Below, piece after piece: positions 12,988 to 23,680 of a DNA stretch of 64,000 nt (position 1 is the stretch's first letter; each line of letters starts with the position of its first letter). Below the pieces are notes generated by a model. It saw only the letters and a program-made list of their open reading frames with translations, had not been told where the DNA came from and did no database searches. The translations under genes and the position numbers were made by a program. Source of the stretch: Lama glama (Eukaryota); contig CM052832.1 in NCBI GenBank assembly GCA_028534125.1, positions 12,154,001 to 12,218,000 of the forward strand, written 5' to 3'.

Positions 12988-14111
12988 TGTAACCCCAGAG
13001 TGCCCAGGATTTGCAAGGCCTTATTGCTCCCTGGGACAGCTGTGTTGCAGCAGACCTGAGAAAAGGGTGGCAGAGCTCACAAGGTTGTAATTGCTGCCTA
13101 ATAGTCTATAGCAACCTGAGCATTTTATTAAGATTAAATTAAAATTAGCGTTATTATTCCAGAAGATGCTTTCACACTGCAGTAAAAATCATGCTGAGAG
13201 AATGTCTGATATGCAACCTAATTTTGCCGTTGGCTTAATTTCTTCCCATTACTCCTAGTAATATACCTCTCAAGCCATTTTATATTCTTCTCTTTGTACT
13301 TCTCTGATTACATGAATAACTTTATCTTCTCCCTTTCTGTTTCTCCTGTCGTATTTGCCCAGAGTATTCCTGGTAAACATGATCCTGACAATAGAATTGG
13401 GGATTATTACAATGCAGACTTTTCAGAGTTAGAGTGACTTTCTAAAAGACAGATGTTGATGAATCCCATAGAAGTAGGCAGTATACACCTTCTCATAGCA
13501 ATAAGCAGGATAGTTTTGAGTTTTTTAATTTTACTTTCTTCTTCTTCTCTTAAATCATTCAATTCTGTCATTTCCGGGCCACATTCTTCTATTACTGACA
13601 TTCCCATGAGTGGAAGCCGGATATCAGTATCATCATCTTTCTGGAGAGGAACTTTTATCTCTCCTCTGTGATGATATTTGAGCAACTCTGCCATCATACC
13701 ATGGTTATTTAATTCTGTTGTATTTATAAGCAGTTCTCCAACCTGCTGACGGTTGTCACTTAGAAAACTTACTGGTATTTTTCCTTTCTTCTGCTGTGCT
13801 CATCAAATCCTTCCACCTCACTCCTGCAACTGTCCCCCCAGCATTGGCTACCTTATTAAAAAGAAAAAAGTTTTGAAAAAAGAAATAGTGCTTAATTGAG
13901 ATTTATGTACACCAAGACATAAGAATCTAGTTCATATGCTGTATAATATCCCTGGAAAATTCTTTGTCCTTTACTTTTTGGGAGTAATTTATACTTCTCT
14001 AAGAAGTAATGTCACATAATTATTATTTGCTTTGATGAACTTTAACAGTTTTTTAAAATTCTTACATTTTTAAATGCACTTCTTATAATAATTACCTTTT
14101 GTTTATCCACA

Positions 14112-14600
14112 CTGATTCATTCATTCATTTAGTAAACATTTGAAGACATTCATTGCACTCTACTGGACACTGTTCTCGGTGCTTTGAAAAGGAAAATAAG
14201 AAAAAGTCTCTGTTTTCAGAAAGATCAAAGCCCAGTAGGGGAGGCTGAAAAGTGCATATTCAACTATCTTACAAGGGGGACATGGTATAATAGAAGTTAT
14301 GTGAGCACTAATGAGTTGCAAATTACTGCTTCTTGCCGGAGGTCAGTTCTTGTGGGAGACCACATAAAGCATGTGCCATTTGAACTGGGCTTTACAGGAC
14401 AGGTAAGGGAATAAGGAGAGAAAGGTATGTACAGGAGCAGAAACCACACTAGCAGGGCATGGACACCTAAAGGACATTGAGGAATGACCCATGAGTCAAA
14501 CATAAGGCATATAATAGAAGTTGCTAGTGATGAGCCAGCAACATAAGTGGAAGTACACTGAAAAAAGTGGAGCAGCAGTCCTGTAATCCAGACCAGTATT
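14112..14600 (-). mobile_element. L2 3' fragment
   Basis: Starts with the (ATTC)n L2 tail followed by tagtaaacatttg...ctggacactgttct...aagcccagtagggga. Confidence 0.7.
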
Positions 14601-14869
14601 AACCCCAATGTAATTAATCTTTGCTTTTGAAATATGTGTTTTTAATTTATGTTTGACTACAGGTGATTCTGATCGGCAGCCGGGGTTAAGAACGATCAAT
14701 TCAGACCCCCTTGACATTTGAACAGGTACCAAGAAGACCCTGACTCGTTAAAACTGGAAGAGGGGTACCCTTAAGTCAGAACCCCCTCCACCCTTAGGCT
14801 GTTAGAAAACAGCCACCTCTACCTCTCTACTCATATCTCTTTCCCCTGCAGTTTTTAAATTTGTTCAAA

Positions 14870-15390
14870 TTGCTTCTACTGACTAATGAATAAAACAGAT
14901 CCTTCTCTTGACTCTATAGTTTCCCGCTAGGCATCATCCTGTACTCTTCATAGCCACACCCTGTGCCTCCATTTTTATTTCTGCTCCAGCGGAGTACAGT
15001 CTAGACTTAGTTTCACTGCCCACAGTCTTCCTAGCCTTCTAGGGTGTTGCATTTCTAGACTTTGCACTTGCTGCTACTCTTCTCCTTGGATTTTCCTTCC
15101 CTGCACATTTTTCCTGGCATCACTCACGCATTTTTCAGTACTTGGTGATCACATCTGGGAAGCCTTCTCTAATCTTTCCAGCCTAAATTAGGTTTCATTC
15201 CTTTGTGCTACTATACTATTTTGTGTGATATTTGTATAATAACACTTATTTACATATATTATAATTACCTGTCTGCATTAGAACAGTGGACCTTTTAGGA
15301 ATTGACATATTCATATTTGTTTCCATTTCTAGTGCCCAACAGTATTCAGAATATAGTAACTGCTTGATAAAAAATTGCTAAATGATTGAT
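14870..15390 (+). mobile_element. L2 3' fragment
   Basis: ctttgcacttgctg...tctgggaagccttctct...ctagtgcccaacagta...aaattgctaaatgattga. Confidence 0.65.
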
Positions 15391-15399
15391 GTTATTATA

Positions 15400-15570
15400 G
15401 TCATTTAACATTTTTGAGCAGCATATGCTAGCTACCAATTACTGTGCAATTAGTATGTGCCTGGTCAAGCACTGACCGCCACCTAACATGCACCATTTAA
15501 CCCCCCGAGTTAGGTACTATTATTTTCCCTTTTACAGATGAGACTGAGGCTTTGAATAATTAAGTTTCAA
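15400..15570 (-). mobile_element. MIR fragment
   Basis: taggtactattattttcccttttacagatgagactgaggct. Confidence 0.7.
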
Positions 15571-16537
15571 AACTGAATTGCTCTTTCTGGTATCTTTCTC
15601 AAATTGATATTTCACACTTAATCTAAACTGGGGGACTTCTTTAATGTAAGCTGTAAAATTTCTAAAGCATAATATATAATCATCCAATTATATTTATTTT
15701 GTAAATTGGCAGTATTATCAGTTATCTATGGTATTTGTCAAAGGGTTTTTTCTTTTTAAAGATAGGATCTTGTGTGGCTTAACTAGTCATTTTTTTTTCC
15801 TTTGTGTCTAACATTTATATTTTTGCTACCCATTCAGTGGACCAACAATTCATTCTATTTGGTAATTAAGAGAGACCAAATGATTAAAATCAATAGATGG
15901 TGGCACAGCCCCTAATTCCCAGTCTTCTCTCCCCACTGAAGAGCCTCTGGAGCCAATAGTTGGAAAGCCCTCCCTAGGAAACCTGCTCATAAATAGAAAA
16001 ATCAGCTAGTTCAACTCCCCTCTTCCATTTCCTTTCCTTTCCTCCCTGCTAATGAGCAGTGAAATGGCCTAATGACTGGTACCAGAGGGAGGGGACAGCA
16101 GAGAAGAAAGCCTGAGTAATCCCCACACTGAATCATCAGCCTCTGTGTAATTGAGTTTTCTTTGGTTTCCTTTGTTTTGGAGTTCAGCATTTTAAAGTTA
16201 CTGAGGGATGCACTGTTTCTCCAGACACTGAGATGAGCGCTGTTTTCAGTTTCTGCCATAATCATTTTGATCCACCGGTGTGGACTAGGAGGCTCATACT
16301 TCCGACAGGGCCTCCAGAAAGGAAGCTGGGAGAACTCTGAATCACACAGTTCCCTTTTCCACTGAGAGTCAAACATAGAATGGCCTTTTCACGCCCTTGT
16401 CTGTTTGACTGTGTGTGATAGAGGTTGAAGAGCATTTGTGTGGCAGGAACGGCTCTGGAAGATAAGGAAGGTGCTGAGCAGAATATGAAAGCAGCCCAGC
16501 TCCACATAAGCCCTGGAAGGGGAAATAGATGGTGGCG

Positions 16538-16650
16538 GAGGATGAACATCTGTCTTGGTTTGCCCAAGATGGAGTGGTTTCTTGGCCTGTGAGACTTTTC
16601 AGTACTAAACCCTGCCCAGTCCCAGGCAGACATGGATGGTTGGTCATCTG
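16538..16650. mobile_element. hAT-Blackjack MITE, MER81-like
   Basis: tgtcttggtttgcccaagat...gacttttcagtactaaacc...agtcccaggcagacatggatggttggtcatc, about 113 bp, consistent with the recalled MER81 consensus. Confidence 0.7.
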
Positions 16651-17859
16651 TGTGCTTAACTGTCCCTAGCTTAACAAATGGAAGTTCACAGTCAGTTGGA
16701 AATCATTTCCTATTGTCTTTAAATCCTGAATCACTGAATGAAAAACCAAAAACTTGAGAATTTTCTTGGATTCCCTGGAGTAAGCAATAAAATTGAATGG
16801 ACCCTTGTTGAAAGCTTTCCTCCTATTCCACCTGCATCTTGTGCTCCAGTTGTCTGATTTAGAACCCTTGGCCGCCCTGCTCCCCGTGCCTGAGAGGTGT
16901 TTCTTTGTTCTTCCTCCCCCTCTCCTTTTGCTGCTGCTGCTGCAGTAGCTCCAGGATTAAAGAGTATGTACAATATATACCTTCTCCTACTTTGGCACCC
17001 ACTTCCCATGGCTCTGCTTAGATGCAACTGGCTGGGCTGGGGCATTGGGGAGCCTCCAGACGACCCACAGCTGAGTCAGGTCCCCTGCAGCAGCTGTTAT
17101 CTGAACCAACTGGGTCATGCAACAGCAGCAGGGGAAGGTTGCAGCACAAATGTGCAGGAAGAACACCAGACAAGCCTGTCTGTGCTCCAGAGAGTCTAAA
17201 TCACCCCATCTGCATGTGGAGCAGGGTGATTGTTCTGGAGAGTGGGAAGGGGATGAGATGGTGTTTTTCCACAGTTATTAAGATAAACAGAGCAGCCAGT
17301 GCTGTCTGTGCAGCTGTTGCAGCGTGAGGATGAGCTGAATCATTTTATTTTTACTCAGTGGGAATTAACACCTCCCTTCTTTGAGAAAGGGGGAGACTAT
17401 GGCTAACAAAAATCACTCAATGGTTTGAAATCTTTCTGCAGAATGGTAATAATTTATGGGACTGTCTGGATGCATCCCTATTTGGACTTTTAATTAGTGA
17501 AAACCCAGTTCAGGAGATAAAATAGCTGAATAATCTGAGACTGCCATTTCAAGATGTGGTAGAAGGAATGGGACAAGGAGGGGGATGGAGAAGCAGCAAC
17601 AGGTAAAAGATTATTTCAAGACAAGAAAAAAATAAAGAGTTGTAGCCCTCAGGCTGAAGACAGGGAAGGAGATGAGGAGGAATGGTCATTATTTGCTATA
17701 TTATTGTCCTAAGTACTAGATAGTTTTTGAGGTTTGCCCTGTGGCCATAGCATCCTGGAAGACCCAAGGTCTCAGACATAAGTCCAGCAAAGATCCTTGA
17801 TTGAATCATTCTCCTTATAGGAATAATCACAGGCATGGTCACAGTTTTGTGAAAAATAG

Positions 17860-20640
17860 TTAAAGTTTCAGGTAATGATGACAGAATGAATGCACATCAA
17901 TTCTCACATCATTTAGAACAAGATCCTACTAAAATGACAGTAAAGGGATTTTTGTTTTTTGTACTTATTCATCAGTAAGAATAAAGAAAATGGGAAAAGG
18001 AAGTAAAAAATGGAGAAGAAAGCTGTAAAGCAGATGAACAATGGTAAATGATTTAACGGGCTCAATAAAACTGAATCCTAAGCCACTGAATCCTCAAAGG
18101 CTTAGGTATTAGGGTCACGAGGCACCTTTGAAGCTGCAATGAATGAGGAGAAGGGGTGGGTAGGGAGGGGCTAAATGAGAAGGAGTGGTTAACTGTGTTT
18201 ATGAAACGAGAGCTCTAGCTTCGCTCCCCTACTTCACAGAACTTTGCTTCTCTCCCACTCTGATAGAAAACTGGAAATTTATTCTTTTTTTCCTAGTTTT
18301 ATTAAGATATAATTGACATGTAACATTGTGTAAGTTTGACGTGATGATGTATAACATATGGTGATTTGATACATATATGTTATGAAATGATCACCACAAG
18401 AAGTTTATTTAACATTTCTATCACCTCACAGAAGTACCTTTTTTTATGGTGAGAGCATTTAAGATCTACTGTCTTAGCAACTTTCAAGTATATAATAGTT
18501 TTGTGAACTGTGGTCACCGTGCTACATAGTAGATTCCCCAGAACTTATAACTGGAAGTTTGTACCCGCTGACCAACATCTCCCCGTTTCTCTCACTTCCC
18601 AGACCCTGGCAACCACCATTCTACTTTGTTTCTATGAATTAGGCTTTTTTAGATTCCACATATAAGTGAGATCATACAGTATTTGTCTTTGTCTGACTTT
18701 GGAAATATATTCTCTGAAGAAGATAAAACAAAAGGTCTCTAAACCAGAAATCCATGCACAGGTGAGAAAGGTAGGAAGCGTCAGTCATCTGATGCTTAGA
18801 CTCCACCTCTTAGTAATACCACACACACAGACAGACAAATACCCTCTCCTTGTTTTACCACTTCTGAAACTCTTGTAGTCAAGCCCGTATCTTCCATGCA
18901 GAGGATTAGAAACATCTTCCTAGATAATCTGATCAGTCCAAGAGGGAAGAGCTAAAGAATCGGAAAGTGAGGTCTTCTTGACAGTCCACCCACTCAGGAA
19001 ACTATATTCTCAGGATTTCCTTTTGTTATGTCTCAGTTCCTTCCTGACAGCCTTCTTGACAACCAGACATCTGAGAAAACTAATATAAACTTTAAAGACA
19101 AAACAAACAGGAAAAAAAAACTATATAGGGAGATGAAAACTTAAAAAAAAAATCATTGCTATCTTTAGAGAAATTAGAGTAAATATGGCAATCTTAGACC
19201 AAGAAGAAGATGCCAGAAGAAAGGAACATTTGGAGAATAAGAAGTACAGTTAGAAATTTGAAATATTAAAGCAGAAATGAAAAACTCGGTAGAGAGCACA
19301 GATGATAAAGTTGAGGAGCTCTCCCACAAAGTAGGAAAAAATGACAAAACGATGGGAAATAAAGGAAATATAAAAGTGCAGGTAAAGGTAAGGAGGCCCA
19401 ATATCCAAAGTAAGAATTTCATAAAGAAAGATTAGGAGAATCCAGGTGAAGAAGTCAATAATAGTAATTCAAGAAAAATTACCGAAACTGAAGTACATGA
19501 ATTTCCAGATTGCCGAGGTCTTCTAGTACCCAACTCTGTGGAAGAAAGCAGACCCACACCAAGGCATTATGAAATTTCATAATACTAGGGATGGGGAGAA
19601 AAAAAAATCTACATTCTTCCAGAGCAAGGCATAGTTTTTAAAAAAAAGAAGAAAGAAGAAGAGAAAAAATCAGATCAGATATGATTTCTCAACAGCAAAA
19701 CTAGAAGATTGACAAGCAATAGAATTAGACCTTAAAGGTTTGAAAGAAAACTACTTCCAAATTAAAGTTCTATACCCAGCCAAACTGCTAGTCAAATACA
19801 AAAGTAGACTAAACGTATGTTTAGACAAACCAAGCCTTAAAATTTTTACCTCCCAGATACCATTTCTCAGGAAGCTACTGGAGGCGCTCTTCACCAAAAT
19901 GAGAGAATAAACCAAGAAAGAAGACTGCATGATACAGGACAGGGGCAATTCAGCACAGGAAAGTGGTGAAAGGAATCCTTAGAATGGTGGTGAAGACATC
20001 CCAAGATGACAGCTAGCATCAGACTTAGAGGGCAACCAGACTTGACTGAAAATAGCTAGAATGCCTGGGAAGACTTTTAAGAAGAATAAATTGCTAGAAA
20101 TACCTGCCTGAGGTGTCAGAGTGTTTGAGAGGAGCTTTGGTTGAGGTAACGTAAAATTGGGAGAGAAGAGGTGAATTAGTGTTGAGTACATACAAAACTA
20201 AGCAAAAGGAAAATCAAAGCTGTTTTTAACTCTAAGTAGGGAAGAAAAACTGTACAGGAAGGGAAAGTACTCCATATACATTAGTCGTAAATAATGTTTA
20301 CATAATCAAAATGTAAACACTGAGTGTCATTTCAACCAAAATTACAATACAGTCTAAGGGAGGATAGGAAAGGGTTCATATGGAGGAGAGGGCTAAAAAA
20401 TTGTCTTCCATAGTAGTGGATTAGTAGATGGGCCTAAAACTGAAAAACCAAGAAGTAGCATTTAAAGCATGATAATTATCGATGTGTGATAAATCCTAAA
20501 ATAATCCATTAAAACAGGTAAAAACATTTGCCTCTGGGAAGAGGAGGAAATGGAACATGGGAGGAGTAATTTCCACAATAAATCTTATAGGCTATTTGAC
20601 TTTTAAAACTACGTATATATAAAAATGCCTTAAAGAAGGC
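17860..20640 (+). mobile_element. HAL1-like (half-L1) or old L1 element: decayed ORF1 followed by an L1ME-like 3' UTR, with no ORF2 seen
   Basis: A-rich strand with ORF1p remnants at 19380-19900 (gacccacaccaaggcatt ~ RPTPRH; gatttctcaacagcaa ~ DFSTA; ttctatacccagccaaactg ~ LYPAKL). Confidence 0.7.
18286..18699 (-). mobile_element. 5'-truncated L1 3' end (L1MA9-like) nested in the HAL1-like element
   Basis: Typical L1 3' UTR (ttttattaagatataattgac...gcaaccaccattctact...gattccacatataagtgagatcatacagtatttgtc). Flanked by the 14-bp duplication TGGAAATTTATTCT (18272-18285) / TGGAAATATATTCT (18700-18713). Confidence 0.88.
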
Positions 20641-23559
20641 ATTTTAAAAATGTAAAAGAAGGAAAAGAAATGGGGTAAGCCAGTTGTTTTTTTTTTTAAA
20701 TGAGAGGTCCAAACACGACAGCAGTAGCAATGACTACTAGTAATATAATAGAATCTCCTTTTTTTAAAAAAAAATAAATCCTCTCTTACAAAGTATGCAT
20801 TGTACTTTATGTGAATTTCTCTTGTAAGTTTTTCTTTCCTTGAATTTCTGACGTTTTCCTTCTGATCACTGTCTTAGCACTAATGCTGTACCAGTAAAGT
20901 CTAGGTTGTGAATGGTTGAACTCTCAAGAAGCTTTGGGGAGGAGGAGTAAAAAAAATCCTTGCCAAACTACTCCACCTCCCAACCTGCTTGCTAATCCAG
21001 CAGAAATATTATTTGGGGACAGGCCTCAAAACTTCATGGTGCATGGGACTCCTGACACAAAAGGCATGAGTGTGGGAGAATGTCTTTTAATGTGATTGGG
21101 CAGACTGCTAGTTTTGAACTTACGCTGTGTCTGCTCACCTCCTACTGTAAGCTGCAGACTCTAGATCATCAAATAATGCCACTTAGAGCATCTTGCTCTT
21201 TTCTTTTCTCTTTTGCTTCTGTTCAAGTTCAAACACACTGACAGTTTAGCAGCAAAATCTCTTACACCAGTAGTGCTGAGATTAATAATCCTTCATGCTT
21301 TTTGGAAACTGGAGTGCACAGGTTTCTAATGGTGAAATGAGTCTTGCACTTCTGCCTTTAACAACCCCTGATACAGAACACTGTGCATATCTGTACTAGT
21401 TTTGGCACCCCAGACAAAAACACTTCTCTCTCTTCTGTTATCATTTGCATTTCCTGTGCTGTTGGTGTGAGTGTTTCTCTCAAGTTTTCCATACTATTAA
21501 TTTTGTTTACTTTGCCTCTGGTTGATAGCTTTATACATAGGTACACTGATGCTTGAATTATGTGCTAAGTAAATCTCTGGATTTTTTTTTTTCTGATCCA
21601 TTCTCTAGGTAAAGGTCCAGAATTTCCCCAAGGGAAGTTTTATGGTCCCTGAAATTTTCTGTGAGCATTGAAGCAGTGTGGGAATAGTAGGTGTTAAGTG
21701 TGTGGCTTTTCTGCATTGAGCTTTTTTCCCCCAAATACATTTTAGTCAGTCAGCTCTGAGGAGCTGTTATTGCCTGGAACATAGGTTTCTTTACATAGCT
21801 GGTAAAGAATGAAGAGGCTTTGAGGAACATGTGTTCTGTTGAGCTTTGAAATCTCCCGCCTGATTCTACGAGTGTAGAGGTGTGAGTTTTCCATGGAAGG
21901 AAGTCATACACGCAGGGGCTATCACATGGAAAGTGTTCAGAAGCTGGTAGCTTTTATTTTAATCCCAGAGCTAGTTTCTCAGGGGCCTGGAGTGAAGATT
22001 TGTGGTTTCCCTTACTCCCTGTATTCTCTTTATTACTCTCTTGACTTGGCACTCCGTTTTCACTTCCATTACTCTGACCATCTTGGGCAATTCTTGTCTT
22101 ATTTCTCAGTGTGTCAACTGTTTATACATTCTTAGAAGGATTCTTAGATTTTTCTTCAGGGAGAGGCAAATTCTTTCTCCTTCTGTTTTCCTTGCTTCTT
22201 TTCCTATTTCTATAGGAAAAAAAGGAGATGCTCTTCCTGCCCTTAAAAATTTAAGTTACAGTAAGTGGCATATCCCCACCATAGTCCTAGGTTAAAAAAA
22301 AGAGAGAAACTTCCCTTAGCCACCACGATCCTAAAGTAGGCTTGCTGCAGGTCATAGTTACCAAATGAGTTCTTACAGATTCATAGGGAAACTAACAAAT
22401 TTAATTCTCTTCTGCTTTTTCTCTAGTGCGCAATTCCATTAGACTCATTTGTCTACATTCGTGGAAACGCACAGCCTATTGGATAAACTGAAAAAGATTA
22501 TGCAGCCATTTTAAAGATAAAACTGGTGAAATTCTCTCCCCCTGCTCCCAGCATCTTGGGCCAGGGGAAAAGTTAAAGAAAAAATGCAAATGTTGAACTT
22601 TTGGTAATTTAGTTCTATTTCTTAAAATATACTTTGTGTTGGTTTCAAATGTTTTATTGAGTAATAAAATTGGTTAACAGTATTCCCACATGGGGATTTG
22701 TTCACATTAGCACATAACAGAGACAGAAGAAGGGACTGGTGTATTCATATTCATACTCTTTTTCTCCCTTTATCTCTCTTCTCTCTTCTTCCTCCTTTCT
22801 CCCTCCCTCTCTCCCTTATTCATTTTTCATTTTATGTCCTCCACTTCCCATTTTGTCTTTCTATAATTGCTTGGCTATTATAATCTGAAAAAAGCAGGAA
22901 AAAAAAGAAAAGCTAAACCATGAAATAAATAAGACATTTCTTCCTGTGAAATTCAAATCTGTTCTTCTTTCCAGATCCTAAGAAACCTGCTTAATTAAAT
23001 TTTTGCCTATGTCCTGCTAAATATCTGTAATAGGTGTACTATATCTACATCGCAGGCTCATTTACACTGTATCCATATTCTCAGGCAGAGCTAGTCATAC
23101 CTTCCCATTTGACCCTTCTTTTATTCCTGCAGGGAGAGGTTTTACAACAGTTTATACTTCCAGTTTAGCAAGTTTGTCCATAAAGTTCCGTGCTAAATAG
23201 ATCACCTAGCAGCCAGTGGCTAATTACTTGCTTTTTTAAATTTTTGCTTGTTGACTGGCCTGAAATTTAGGGAAAAAATTTTATCTGTAGTGTTCAATCC
23301 CACATCCCAGCACCCAGCAAGTAGTAGCCGGCATGTGGTAAATAAATACTCAGCCAGCATTTGTTGGGTGAGTCAGTGATCATCTGTGTGTGTTTGGCAG
23401 GGAGGGGATTATTTCTCTTTTAGCCATGTTTGTTTTGTTTTGCTCTTCAAAGCAAAAGTAGTTCACAAGGAGGACTTCTAAAGTTCATGTTGCTAGATTT
23501 GGTATTTTAAGGTTAGGCTGCCATATGTGACTAGGTCAGATGCTCTTACATCTTCTTAC

Positions 23560-23680
23560 CACTGCTACCAACTTGGAGCCTGAGACTCAGAGAAGTTAAG
23601 GAACTTGCCCCAAATTTTATGCCTAATGCATTATGAGGCTCTGACTAGAACCTGGGTCATTCTTTCGACTCAGTTCTGTC
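23560..23680 (-). mobile_element. MIR fragment
   Basis: tgagactcagagaagttaaggaacttgcccca...gactagaacctgggtc. Confidence 0.65.

Noticed and set aside
14395..14410. CAG|GTAAGG as an intronic recursive splice site
   Set aside because: No polypyrimidine tract upstream, and it lies within an L2 fragment.
16011..17327. Several overlapping 92-123 aa ORFs on both strands
   Set aside because: No recognisable domains or splice structure; they partly overlap a MER81-like MITE and are explained by locally higher GC.
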